From the NCBI GenBank assembly GCA_965649295.1, contig CBFGKH010000001.1, forward strand, positions 32,001 to 96,000: DNA of 64,000 nt, in the 5' to 3' direction. Source of the DNA: a candidate division WOR-3 bacterium (lineage in GTDB: Bacteria > Hydrothermota > Tepidihabitantia > Tepidihabitantales > Tepidihabitantaceae). The notes below the pieces were generated by a model. It did no database searches, was not told where the DNA came from, and saw only the letters and a program-made list of their open reading frames with translations. Made by a program: the position numbers and the translations under genes. This document shows positions 49,490-60,623 of the stretch, piece after piece; the stretch's first letter is position 1; every line of letters starts with the position of its first letter.

Positions 49490-52400
49490 TTAGTGCTTGA
49501 GTATCAGCTTGCGCGTGGCCGTAAAGGTTCCCGACACCATTCTGACATAGTAGATGCCCTCAGGCAGCATCCGCTCGCGCCAGTCACGGCCATTCCAATC
49601 AACCTGGTGGCGACCAGCAGGCAACGGCCCCGAGACCAACGTCCGAACCGCGTTACCAGCCGCGTCGAAGACTGTTATTTCAAGCATCGCCGGCGTCGGC
49701 AGCGCAAAGCTGATGGTCACCCTCTGGCTGAACGGCGTTGGCCGAGCACTTTCGAGTGCAAGGCGACCAGGCAATCCTGCCGGCCGGTCAGCCAAACCCT
49801 GCGGCGGCAGAACTGTGACCTCGTTGTAGGCAGTGTCGTTGGCCGGGTCGACATCACCGACAAGCGCGCTGTAGCAGGTAACCGGCAGCGTACCAACCGG
49901 CCCGGCTGTCCAGCGCGGGAATCGAATCGTGTCCTCGGCCCGAGGCTCAAGCCGGTGGGTCGTGTCGGCGCGGTAGGAAGTGCCAATCAGGAATGTTACC
50001 GGCACCCCTTCGCTGAAGCTCGTGTAGTTGCGCAGCACGGCAACCGGCGTCACCTGTTGGCCCGAGTCAATTCGACCGGTTGGCGCGATGATGGCCGTGA
50101 TGCCAACGTCGTGGATCACGCGCTGGACTGTCACCTGCGCCCGGGCAGTGTCGTTGGCTGGGTTGGCGTCGCCCAGTAGCCGGGTGAAGCAAGTTATCGG
50201 ATGGGTGCCAACCGGACTGGCAACCCACTGCCGGAAGGTGACAATGGCTGAGTCGTTGCCAGCGACCGCTACTGCTGTGTCAGCAATGTAGTAGGGCCCG
50301 ATGATGAATCGCACCGGCACAACCTCAGGTTGCTGGGTGTAGTTGCGGACAACTGCCCGCGGCTGGATTACGGCACCGGAGTCAATAGTACCCACCGGCT
50401 GCAGAACACGGCTAACACCAACATCATGCGGCGCCGGCCGAACCATGCACTCAGCATAGGCAGTGTCGTTGCGCGGGTCGGCGTCGCCGTCAATGCTGAC
50501 CCAGGCCGTGACGTACATCAACCCCACGCTATCGGCGGTCCAATCGGGCAAGGCAACAACCGAATCCCGCCCCGGGGCCAGCCTGACTTCTACTGCCTCA
50601 TCGTAGAGTAGCACGTCCCGCGACTGCGTCTTCTCTTCCAGACCTTTTCCGGTCTTCTCTGCCCAGGCCTCGATTATCATACGCAGCACAAACGGCTCGC
50701 TGGTGTTGCCGTAGTTCGTTACCTGAACCAGTGGCGTGACGGTTGCTCCGGAATCAATGTCGCCAACCGGTGCCTCAATCTGCCTTGCGGCAACATCGAG
50801 ATAGCGAATGATAACGGTCTGCAGCAGAGTATCGTTAGCTGGGTTGGCATCGCCTTCGAGCCTTATCCAGGCAGTGGCCAGCAGCACTTGCGGGTCACGG
50901 GCAAACCAGTTAGTGAAAGTTGCGACCGCCGAGTCGCCGGGTTGAATCACACCCGGGTCAGCCACGTCGCTGTAGCCATCGCTGATGGTCAGAAAGACTC
51001 GCGGCTGCGAGGCAACCGAGCCGTAGTTGCGCAATACAATCTGCGGCTGAATCCGGTCGCCGGGGTTGACGATGCTCTCTGGCGCAATGAACCTGGTGAC
51101 GCCGACATCAATTCCGGTCTGCCGGGCATAGACGGTGGCAGTGGCCCGGTCATTGGCCGGCACCAGGTCACCGCTCAGCATTGTCGAGCATGAAACCGCA
51201 TACTGACCGATGCCAGGCGGTGTCCAGGGCGTGGCCGAGATGAGGAGGCTCTCGCCCGGCGCCAGCGTAATGTTGTTGACCGTGACGTTGTAGCCAGCGC
51301 CAATTCGGAAGCGGGCAGCAAAGACCTGGGTTGGTGAGCCGAAGTTACGCACCCAGGCCTGCGGAATGATGACCGTGTCCACCGGCACCGTGTCGCGCGG
51401 CGCAACAATTCGCAGGCAGCCGACATCACGATAGCTGACAATCACCGAAGTCTCTTTGATGTTGTTGACTGGGTCAGGGTCGCCGGTCGTGACCACACTA
51501 CAACGCGCCACCAGCGTGCCGAACTCAGCAGCAGTCCAGCGCGGGAAGGCAACATGGGCTGTCTCGCCAGCGCGGAGCAGCCCGAGGCTCGTGCTTTCAC
51601 GGTAGAGCGTGCCAATGGTAAAGAAGACCCGATAGAAGGCTGAGTCGGTCCCGATATTGGCAACCCGGCAGCGCGGCGTCGCAGTGTCGCCAAGATTGAA
51701 CGACCCGCGCGGCGCGTAGATGGTGTCGGCCCGAAGATTGCGGTCCACATAGCTGAGCCGTCCCAGCACCAGGCTGGTCCAGCCACCACTGCGGTCAGCC
51801 TGGCCGGCAAAGTAGACAGTATTGGTATCAAGCGCAGCGACCGCTGCTCCCAGCCCACCCAGGCGATCGGGCGAATCGTAACGCACTGCCCAGAGCGTGT
51901 CCTTGTTGCTGCCGACCGGGTCGGTCTCGGTGTAACAGAGCGTCACGAGCACATCACCGACCGTACCGGCAACATAAACCCGCCCGCCCTGATAGGCGAC
52001 CTTGTAGCCATAGGCGTCATCTTCGCCATACACCGCACCAGCCGGACCCCAGCGACTGACGAGTGTACTGGAGAAACGATTCGTGCAGATGATGTCGTTA
52101 TCGTAGCTGAGCATCCCTGTCACATAAACATTGGGCGGATTGGCATTGTCCAGAGCGATGCTCGAAGCGTAGTCGTCGCCGTCATAGCCGCCAATGTTCA
52201 GGCTGCGCCAGTTGAGCAATGTGCCGGCGGAATTGAACCGGGCGACTGCATAGTTGTAGCCCTCGCTGATAATGCCGTCATCGTTGTAGTCAAACCCGCA
52301 GATGTAGATGTCGCCAGATGGAGCCAAGGCCAGGTCAAATGGCACATCAGCGTCGTGGATAATAGTGTTGGGATTGCGGTAGGTGCGACGCCAGAGCGTG

Positions 52401-53176
52401 TCACCGCTGGGCCGCAGTTTCATCGTCCACCATTCGAGGTCGAAGAATCGGTGCAGTCCGAAGCCGGTAACGACGACGTTCGAGTCCAGGCCGACCGCAA
52501 TGGCGGTCGCGCAGTTGTCAAACTCAGCGTAGTCCTGGAAGAACCAGGGATGGACGTCGCGCTGCCTCAGCTTGCTCTCGCGGGCCAGCGTGTCGAGGAC
52601 GTAGCGCCGGGTCCAGATGGTGTCGCCAGTTGCGCAACTAATCTTGAGAATGGTGTAGGCGGAAAGGTTGCGGGTTGAGTCAAACGCAGTACCGGCAATA
52701 TAGGCAACACCGCCCGGCCCCAGTGCAATGTCAAAGGCCGCGTCATCATAAGGCCAGAGCGTCTTCTTGGCCCAGACCTGGTTGCCGATAGTGTCATATT
52801 TCACCCAGGAAATGTCGGCTCCGCGTGGCAGCAGGTTGTAGGTAACGCCAGCAACATAGACATTCCCCTCACTATCAACTGCCAGCGCATGGGCCATGTC
52901 GTCCTGACTGTAAGTGTTACCGCCATAGGACTGCGACCAGCGTAGCTGGCCGTCGAGAGTGTAGCAGGCGGTGAGCATGTTCGTCACAGTCGGCCACTGC
53001 GGCGCTTCGCCCGAACCACAGATGTAGATACGGTTGCGGCCGGCATCAACATACATGTCGGCCGTCATGTTGAACTGGTTTTGACTCTGACCGTCATAGA
53101 GCCGAGTCCAGAGCGTATCAATGGCACCGGCCAAGGCCAGGGCCGGTAACAGAACTACCAGGCGGAGAAATCTCAT
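49490..53176 (-). CDS. Secreted beta-propeller protein with about six CARDB repeats and FlgD-Ig/T9SS-type CTD
   Basis: Signal peptide, SD GGGAGG; GNVYVAG/DTLW propeller repeats; repeated D.NP.ND; WNGRD...GIYYVR...RKLILKH. Confidence 0.8.
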   Translation of the reverse strand: MRFLRLVVLLPALALAGAIDTLWTRLYDGQSQNQFNMTADMYVDAGRNRIYICGSGEAPQWPTVTNMLTACYTLDGQLRWSQSYGGNTYSQDDMAHALAVDSEGNVYVAGVTYNLLPRGADISWVKYDTIGNQVWAKKTLWPYDDAAFDIALGPGGVAYIAGTAFDSTRNLSAYTILKISCATGDTIWTRRYVLDTLARESKLRQRDVHPWFFQDYAEFDNCATAIAVGLDSNVVVTGFGLHRFFDLEWWTMKLRPSGDTLWRRTYRNPNTIIHDADVPFDLALAPSGDIYICGFDYNDDGIISEGYNYAVARFNSAGTLLNWRSLNIGGYDGDDYASSIALDNANPPNVYVTGMLSYDNDIICTNRFSSTLVSRWGPAGAVYGEDDAYGYKVAYQGGRVYVAGTVGDVLVTLCYTETDPVGSNKDTLWAVRYDSPDRLGGLGAAVAALDTNTVYFAGQADRSGGWTSLVLGRLSYVDRNLRADTIYAPRGSFNLGDTATPRCRVANIGTDSAFYRVFFTIGTLYRESTSLGLLRAGETAHVAFPRWTAAEFGTLVARCSVVTTGDPDPVNNIKETSVIVSYRDVGCLRIVAPRDTVPVDTVIIPQAWVRNFGSPTQVFAARFRIGAGYNVTVNNITLAPGESLLISATPWTPPGIGQYAVSCSTMLSGDLVPANDRATATVYARQTGIDVGVTRFIAPESIVNPGDRIQPQIVLRNYGSVASQPRVFLTISDGYSDVADPGVIQPGDSAVATFTNWFARDPQVLLATAWIRLEGDANPANDTLLQTVIIRYLDVAARQIEAPVGDIDSGATVTPLVQVTNYGNTSEPFVLRMIIEAWAEKTGKGLEEKTQSRDVLLYDEAVEVRLAPGRDSVVALPDWTADSVGLMYVTAWVSIDGDADPRNDTAYAECMVRPAPHDVGVSRVLQPVGTIDSGAVIQPRAVVRNYTQQPEVVPVRFIIGPYYIADTAVAVAGNDSAIVTFRQWVASPVGTHPITCFTRLLGDANPANDTARAQVTVQRVIHDVGITAIIAPTGRIDSGQQVTPVAVLRNYTSFSEGVPVTFLIGTSYRADTTHRLEPRAEDTIRFPRWTAGPVGTLPVTCYSALVGDVDPANDTAYNEVTVLPPQGLADRPAGLPGRLALESARPTPFSQRVTISFALPTPAMLEITVFDAAGNAVRTLVSGPLPAGRHQVDWNGRDWRERMLPEGIYYVRMVSGTFTATRKLILKH

Positions 53177-53232
53177 CTTACCTCCCGACGGTTAGTCTCT
53201 TCAGTGGCAGCGCCCAGCGCCAGCCCGGGTAG

Positions 53233-53361
53233 AGAATATCGGCTGGCATGGCTGGTGTCAATCAACCAGCCCAGGGCGTCGAGACTGCAACTGGCAGTCA
53301 CACCATAACTTGACGCTTACACACCATCATCCGTTGACTTCAGCATAGCGGCGAGTAAACT
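53233..53361. promoter_or_regulatory. Divergent promoters
   Basis: Minus: TTGACA(53261)-N17-TATTCT; plus: TTGACT(53334)-N16-TAAACT. Confidence 0.55.
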
Positions 53362-53414
53362 GACGCGGCCCGAGATGCCGGTTCGGACACCGAAGAGGAG
53401 CTTACGCTGCTCAG

Positions 53415-54875
53415 ATGATTGAACTACAAACAATCGATACTGCTGTCGGCCGCCACGAAGTCCTGGACGAGCTTCAGGAAGGCTTCTGGGTTGCTGACAG
53501 TCAGGGTCGAATCGTCTATGCCAATCCGGCCTTGGCCCGAATCTTGGGGCTTGATAGCCCTGAGGCCCTGGTTGGCCGACCCTGGCGCGAACTGGTTCCA
53601 GAAGCCGATGTCGGCCGGCTCACCCGTTCCCGGCCCAGCGAGGGCGCGGTAACCGTCAGCACAACCCTCAACAGCAAGAGTGAACAACTCATACCCGCTT
53701 CGGTAACGGTGATGAAACGGAGTGCTGGCCGGATGCAGCTCCAGGTCGGGATCGTGACGCCTGAGGCCGCTCCCCAGCCCCAATCTGGCATTGCCGACGC
53801 GACCTGGCGTCAGATAGTCGAAAACTCAGTTGACGGCATCGCCATCGTTGAACAGGGTAAGACCATCTTCGCCAACCACCGCCTCGAAGAGCTTGCCGGC
53901 TATACTGTCTCGCAGATTCAGCACCTTGGCCTCGAACGGTTGATTGCTGCCCGCGACCGACGCGCCGTTGGCGAAATCATCAACCAGCCAGCTCGCCTTC
54001 TGACACCGGTTCACTACGAAGTCCGAATAGTCCATCGCTCCGGCAATGAGCTGGAGTGTGAGATGCGCGTTGTCCCGATCCAGACCAAAGGCCAGCAACC
54101 AGCCATCCTGGTCTTTGTCCGCGACGTCTCTCAGCTCAAGCAGGCCGAACGGTCGCGCAATGAGGTCGTGGCAATGCTCTCGCATGACCTGCGTACGCCG
54201 CTGGCTGCGATCAAGGAAGCAATGTCGCTCTTGGCTGAGACCGCGGCCACTCGCCTCGAAGACCGACAGCGCCGCTACCTGATTATCGCCCGCGAGGAGA
54301 TTGACCGACTCAATCGGATGATTGACAATCTGGTCGAGGCGACGCGGATGGAGTCGGGCAAGGTCGTGCTGCGGCTCGACGCCGTTGATATAGCTGCTCT
54401 GCTCTCCAGTGCCATCGAGAGCCTCTCGCTGCTCATCAACAAACGCAACCTAACGATCGAACGCAGCATCCCCGCCCGCCTGCCGCCGGTCCTCGGCGAC
54501 CGCGACCGGCTGCTGCGCGTCCTGAACAATCTTGTTGATAACGCCATCAAGTACTCACCGGTCGGCGGCACGATTCGGATTGATATCGAGTTTGTCGACC
54601 CGAATGACCCGTTGCTCGTCGGCCCCGGAATTCTCCCCAACACCGGCTACATCAAACTGACAATCAGTGACGAAGGTCCAGGCATCCCGGCGGAGTTCCT
54701 GGACCGCATCTTCGGCAAGTTCGAACGTGTTGACCCCCACGGCCCGGGCATCGGACTGGGTCTGGCAATAGTCAAATCAATCATCGAAATGCACCACGGC
54801 AAAGTCTGGGCCCAGTCCAAGCTCGGTGAAGGTGCCCGTTTCAGCTTTATTCTACCCATCAAGGAGGCTAACTAG
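53415..54875 (+). CDS. Cytoplasmic PAS-PAS sensor histidine kinase
   Basis: Two PAS domains; SHDLRTPL, NLVDNAIKY, DEGPGI, GIGLGL. Confidence 0.92.
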   Translation: MIELQTIDTAVGRHEVLDELQEGFWVADSQGRIVYANPALARILGLDSPEALVGRPWRELVPEADVGRLTRSRPSEGAVTVSTTLNSKSEQLIPASVTVMKRSAGRMQLQVGIVTPEAAPQPQSGIADATWRQIVENSVDGIAIVEQGKTIFANHRLEELAGYTVSQIQHLGLERLIAARDRRAVGEIINQPARLLTPVHYEVRIVHRSGNELECEMRVVPIQTKGQQPAILVFVRDVSQLKQAERSRNEVVAMLSHDLRTPLAAIKEAMSLLAETAATRLEDRQRRYLIIAREEIDRLNRMIDNLVEATRMESGKVVLRLDAVDIAALLSSAIESLSLLINKRNLTIERSIPARLPPVLGDRDRLLRVLNNLVDNAIKYSPVGGTIRIDIEFVDPNDPLLVGPGILPNTGYIKLTISDEGPGIPAEFLDRIFGKFERVDPHGPGIGLGLAIVKSIIEMHHGKVWAQSKLGEGARFSFILPIKEAN

Positions 54876-54878
54876 GCC

Positions 54879-55295
54879 ATGCCCCGCATCCTGCTGGTTG
54901 AAGACGAAGACAACCTCCGTGAGCTGGTCAGTGCCCGACTCGAACAGCACGGCTACGAAGTGGCTACTGCTGTTGACGGCTACCAGGCAGTCTCGAAGGC
55001 CCGCGCCTTCAATCCCGACCTCATTATTCTCGACCTGATGATACCCAAAATGGACGGCTACACGGTCTGCCGCCTGCTCAAGTCCGGCACGATGGCTGAG
55101 ACACCGATAATCCTCTTCTCGGCCCGCTCCAATCCCGACGACGTCCGCCGCGGGATCGAGATGGGCGCCAATGCTTTTGTCTCCAAGCCGTTCGAGGCAA
55201 GCCAGCTCATCAGTAAGATTGAAGAACTACTGGCCGCCAAGAACGCGCCGCCGCAGTCCTCGGCTGCGCCAACGGCTCAGCAGGCGCCAGCGTAA
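54879..55295 (+). CDS. Single-domain response regulator
   Basis: LVEDE, ILDLMIP, SKPF. Confidence 0.92.
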   Translation: MPRILLVEDEDNLRELVSARLEQHGYEVATAVDGYQAVSKARAFNPDLIILDLMIPKMDGYTVCRLLKSGTMAETPIILFSARSNPDDVRRGIEMGANAFVSKPFEASQLISKIEELLAAKNAPPQSSAAPTAQQAPA

Positions 55296-55305
55296 CCACC
55301 ACCTG

Positions 55306-56139
55306 ATGCGGCCGAGCCGCACGACAACCCAGCGACTCATCCGCCTGGCTCTTGCCGAAGACCTGGGTGCTGGCGACATCACCTCTCGCCTAACAGTCCC
55401 AGCCAGCCAGCAGGCCCGCGCCGTTATCGTCGCTCGCACCGCCGGCGTCCTTGCCGGTATCAACGTCTGCCGCGACGTCTTTCGGGCCGTTGACCGTCAC
55501 ATTCGCTTCACCCCCCTGCTGCGTGACGGCCAGCACTTTTCTGATGGCGACACTATTGCCCGTGTATCCGGCAAAGCCCGCTCCTTGCTCGCGGCTGAAC
55601 GCACCGCGCTCAATTTTCTTCAACACCTCTCGGGCATCGCCACTCTCACCAGTCGCTTTGTCGCCGCCGTCAACGGCACCAAAGCGCGAATCCTCGATAC
55701 CCGCAAGACCATTCCCGGCTGGCGCGAATTGGCAAAATACGCAGTTCGCTGCGGCGGCGGCACCAATCACCGTCGCGGCCTCGACGATATGATTCTCATC
55801 AAGGACAATCACATCGCCGCTGCCGGCTCGATTACCGCTGCCTTGGCTCGCTGTCAGGGCACCAGCCTGCCGATTGAAGTCGAAGCCCAGAACCTGGCTC
55901 AGGTCCGTGAAGCCCTGGCTGCTGGGGCGACACGTATCCTGCTTGACAACATGACTCTTGCCCAGTTACGTCGGGCAGTGGAGCTAGTTCGCGGCCAGGC
56001 CCAACTCGAAGCCTCAGGAGGCATCAACCTGAAACGGGTTCGGCTCGTGGCCCAGACCGGTGTTGACTTTATCTCGGTCGGCGCCATCACCCACTCAGCG
56101 CCGGCCGCTGACATCGCGCTAGACTTCCTTCGCGAATAG
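55306..56139 (+). CDS. nadC: Nicotinate-nucleotide pyrophosphorylase (carboxylating)
   Basis: ED..GDITS, DTRKT, HR.GL.D, KDNH, LLDN, EASGG; start moved to ATG 55306. Confidence 0.95.
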   Translation: MRPSRTTTQRLIRLALAEDLGAGDITSRLTVPASQQARAVIVARTAGVLAGINVCRDVFRAVDRHIRFTPLLRDGQHFSDGDTIARVSGKARSLLAAERTALNFLQHLSGIATLTSRFVAAVNGTKARILDTRKTIPGWRELAKYAVRCGGGTNHRRGLDDMILIKDNHIAAAGSITAALARCQGTSLPIEVEAQNLAQVREALAAGATRILLDNMTLAQLRRAVELVRGQAQLEASGGINLKRVRLVAQTGVDFISVGAITHSAPAADIALDFLRE

Positions 56140-57185
56140 CTTGCCCGGCAGTTGCCGTACAAGCCCCTTCAGTTCGAGCTGAAGTAACAATGATAGCAGT
56201 TCCGACACCGGCAGACCAAGACCGTCGCATAGCTCGTCAATGTGCTTCGGCTCGGTCGACAGAAACTCCAAGAGCGGCTGCTCGTCGGCTTCAACCGGCA
56301 CCAACTTGCGCTCCTCCTGCCGGGCCACGACACCCAGGTCGGCAAGAATCTGCTCCACTGTTGTCAGCAACCGGGCACCCTGCTGAATCAGCCGATTGGT
56401 ACCAACACTCTGAGGACTGGTTATGTTACCCGGTACCGCGTAAACTATCCGGCCCTGTTCCTCCGCCCAAGCAATCGTATTCAGGACGCCCGACTTCTCG
56501 CCTGCCTCGACCGCCACTACCACCAGTGCCAAACCGGAGACAATCCGGTTCCGTTTAGGGAAATTCATCGGCATTGGGCCGACGCCAAATGAAAACTCAC
56601 TCAGCACTGCTCCATGCTCCGCAATCTCATCACAGAGCCTGCGGTTCTCGGGCGGATAGTAAACATCAAGTCCACAACCGAGCACGGCAATAGTTCGGCC
56701 ACCCGCGGCCAGGGCACCGCGGTGAGCGTGAGTATCGGCGCCGCGAGCAAGACCGCTCACAACTGTCACTCCGTTAGCGGCCAGCTCACGACCGATCCGC
56801 TCAGCCACCACCCGACCGTAGTGAGTTGGATAGCGCGTCCCCACCACCGCCACTGTCTGGCGGTCAGCTTCAATGAGCTCGCCCCGCACAAAAAGGACCG
56901 GCGGCATGTGCGCCAGCTCGCGCAGATTATGCGGATAGTCGGCGTCAGTGAACGCAAGTGTCGCACAACCCTGTGCTCGTTCGATCAATCGACTTGTCGC
57001 CTCACTCCGCTGGTAGCCAAGGATTGCGTCAGCCAGTTGCTCATCAATTCCGCGTACCTGTAGCAACTCTGTTCGCTCGGCTCCGAAGATTCGTTCCGGA
57101 CTTCCCAACTGTGCCAGCAGGTTCTTCAGCCTGGTCTCGTTCATCCGCGGCACCGCGTAGAGGTCTATGTAGAGCTCGTTCAACA

Positions 57186-57186
<1 letters not shown>
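56119..57186 (-). CDS. dprA: DNA processing protein DprA
   Basis: VVGTR, SGLARGAD, FPKRNRIVSG, C-terminal winged helix. Confidence 0.94.
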
Positions 57187-58154
<968 letters not shown>

Positions 58155-58655
58155 CTAGCGTCGCTTTGACTTCAGCTTGCGGCGCAGTGCCTTACCAACG
58201 ACCTCCGGGACAAAACAGCCCAATTCGCCACCCTTGCTCGCCAGCTCCCGCACGAGCGAAGAACTAAGGTAGAAGTACTTCTCCGACGGTAAGAAGAAAA
58301 CCGTCTCCACTGTCGGCGCGAGTTTGCGATTGGTCAGCGCCATCTGAAACTCGTAGTCAAAGTCCATCACTGCCCGCATCCCCCGGATGATTGCCCGCGC
58401 TCCGACCTGCTGCACGAAATGAACAAGCAGGCAGTCGAACCCTTGAACCTCAACTCCGGCCAGATTACTGCAGACCTGCTGTGCCAGCTCAATTCGCTCA
58501 CTCCAGGAGAAGAGTGGATGTTTCTCTTCACGTCGTGCCACGGCAACGATTACTCGATCAAACAGATTCGCTGCTCGGCTGACAACATCCAGATGGCCAT
58601 TTGTCACCGGGTCAAAACTACCCGGATAGACCGCAATTCGTTCCAGCTTCTTCAT
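58155..58655 (-). CDS. coaD: Phosphopantetheine adenylyltransferase
   Basis: YPGSFDPVTNGH, DFDYEFQMA, SSSLV. Confidence 0.96.
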   Translation of the reverse strand: MKKLERIAVYPGSFDPVTNGHLDVVSRAANLFDRVIVAVARREEKHPLFSWSERIELAQQVCSNLAGVEVQGFDCLLVHFVQQVGARAIIRGMRAVMDFDYEFQMALTNRKLAPTVETVFFLPSEKYFYLSSSLVRELASKGGELGCFVPEVVGKALRRKLKSKRR

Positions 58656-59227
58656 GTTGCCTCTTTGTCATTGACTTGTTCTTTCGGCACTTGCCGACTG
58701 CCATTCATCATCACCGTCAGGTGGGTCTCCCCATACTTCCCGTGCTTCAGGAGCAGCCAACTTGCGGGCATAGCGACAGTCTCATCCTTACGATGCTCCG
58801 CCACAAACACGCCGCCGGTCGCAAGCAGACCAAGCTCGGCCACCTGGCTGACTGTTGCCTGAATCAACCCCTTGCCGTAGGGTGGGTCGGCGATAACGAT
58901 GTCAAACTCGGAACCGACCAGCTTTGGCAGCACCTTGAAAACATCACCGCGAATCAGCCGTGCATTCTCTAACCCGGCAAGGTTCTGGTTCAGATAGCGC
59001 AGCACCGGCCCTGCCTGTTCAACAAAAACCGCCAACTCAGCTCCACGAGATAATGCCTCAATACCAAGACTGCCTGCGCCACAGAATAGGTCAAGCACCC
59101 GGGCCTGCTCAACACGTTGACCGATGATATTGAAAATGGCCTGACGGGTGACTTCCTTGGTGGGCCGCAGCCCTGAACGCGGATAGGCAAGTGTCATACC
59201 CTTGTACTTACCAGCACTGACACGCAC
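58652..59227 (-). CDS. rsmD: 16S rRNA m2G966 methyltransferase RsmD
   Basis: MRVSAG, LRPT, DLFCGAG, DPPY; start moved to GTG 59227 behind TTGACA-N16-TATAGT. Confidence 0.92.
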   Translation of the reverse strand: MRVSAGKYKGMTLAYPRSGLRPTKEVTRQAIFNIIGQRVEQARVLDLFCGAGSLGIEALSRGAELAVFVEQAGPVLRYLNQNLAGLENARLIRGDVFKVLPKLVGSEFDIVIADPPYGKGLIQATVSQVAELGLLATGGVFVAEHRKDETVAMPASWLLLKHGKYGETHLTVMMNGSRQVPKEQVNDKEAT

Positions 59228-59410
59228 CAAAGCACTATATACTTGACCCTAGTTCTGTCAAACCACCCACCGTTCCGCTGTCCCTATTCGTGACAGGAAT
59301 ACGACTTGACGCCAGTCGAAGCGGTAGTATCATCGGCCAGGGAACCGCGATGAACCACCCTCAGCACTATCCCTGCAACACCCGCACTATCAGCATTGTA
59401 GCCTGACCCC

Positions 59411-60136
59411 ATGCCCTTGCCGCCCCAGTCTGAAACCACTCCAGTGCTCCCCGACCGAACCGACGCCCGGTTCTTCCCGTTTGTCGGCACTGGATTCTGG
59501 AAGTGGGTTCCTTCAACCTGGGTCAGGGGCGGAACCACGGTCGTAACCGAACAAGGCGAGTTCTGGCGCTTGCTCACCGGCAGCCACGACGGTTGGTGGG
59601 CCGAACCGGTCAAACCGACTGATGTCGGCGACGAACGTCATCGCGCGCGCATCAACGCTGCAATCATCGCCTTCGAGGCCGAAGCGCTTGACGCCGCGGC
59701 CCGGCCTAGACTCGAGGCATTACGTGAAGAGCTGATCCGGCTCTGCAACCCCCACATCAAGGACCGACCAGAGCCAGCCGCAATGACCGACGCTTGGTGG
59801 GCCAAAGGCTGGATTGCTGGCCTCGCCTTTGGCATCTTCATCATCTCTCTTGCCAATGCGGTACGAACCCTGGCCAAGGTTGATCCCGAACCACGCCGCG
59901 AGGCCTATCGGCTCCTTTCGATAATGTACGCCCTGGCCGCGCTGGTCATTTTTCTCGTGGTTTTCATCCCCTACTTGTACATCCGCTATCCGTACAAGAT
60001 GGGCCGGTTCGCTGCCGTCTTCGGCCGTCGGTTTGGCAATGTCGTCGGCATCATCGGCCTGTCGCTCCTCGGTCTGATTGGAGTCATCATCGGTTGGCTC
60101 ATCATCATGTTCGGATCGGCTTCAGCCGGCTCCTAG
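59411..60136 (+). CDS. Hypothetical membrane protein (three C-terminal TM helices)
   Basis: 241-aa ORF with hydrophobic segments; promoter TTGACG-N16-TATCAT at 59306-59333; no family recognised. Confidence 0.6.
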   Translation: MPLPPQSETTPVLPDRTDARFFPFVGTGFWKWVPSTWVRGGTTVVTEQGEFWRLLTGSHDGWWAEPVKPTDVGDERHRARINAAIIAFEAEALDAAARPRLEALREELIRLCNPHIKDRPEPAAMTDAWWAKGWIAGLAFGIFIISLANAVRTLAKVDPEPRREAYRLLSIMYALAALVIFLVVFIPYLYIRYPYKMGRFAAVFGRRFGNVVGIIGLSLLGLIGVIIGWLIIMFGSASAGS

Positions 60137-60191
60137 CCAACCGGCACAAACACGGCAATATCAACCGCCACGCCCGCGCACTGAATACCAG

Positions 60192-60623
60192 TCAGTGTAG
60201 CGGTGCCGACAGCAATTCAGGCAGATTCAGCGGTCCAAGCTGACGGATGCGCTCGGTAAAGCTAGTGACGGCATCGGCAAACCGCTGGCCTTCGGATGCC
60301 GACACCCATTGCAGTTCCAGTCGCTCCTTCTCAATGCCGAGTCCTTCAAGCAGACTCTGCAACAGGATGATCCGCTTCTGGGCCTTGTAGTTGCCAGAAA
60401 CATAGTGACAGTCGCCCGGATGACAACCACCGACAAAAACACCGTCTGCGCCATCACGGAAGGCCCGCAGAATGAATTCCGGTTCAATACGGCCCGAACA
60501 CATCACCCGAATGAGACGCAGGTTGGCAGGATACTGCAGCCGTGATGTGCCGGCCAGATCCGCGCCGGCATAGCAGCACCAGTTACAGGCGAATCCGACA
60601 ATCTTCGGGTTGAACTCTGCCAC
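60192..60623 (-). CDS. mvhD: MvhD/FlpD [2Fe-2S] subunit
   Basis: CNWCCYAGAD, MCSGR, GCHPGDCHY, WVSASEG. Confidence 0.93.
   Translation of the reverse strand: MAEFNPKIVGFACNWCCYAGADLAGTSRLQYPANLRLIRVMCSGRIEPEFILRAFRDGADGVFVGGCHPGDCHYVSGNYKAQKRIILLQSLLEGLGIEKERLELQWVSASEGQRFADAVTSFTERIRQLGPLNLPELLSAPLH

Noticed and set aside
49490..51760. CARDB repeats as a diversity-generating retroelement or tandem DNA repeat
   Set aside because: Similarity is at protein level only; no adenine-specific TR/VR pair or RT gene seen.
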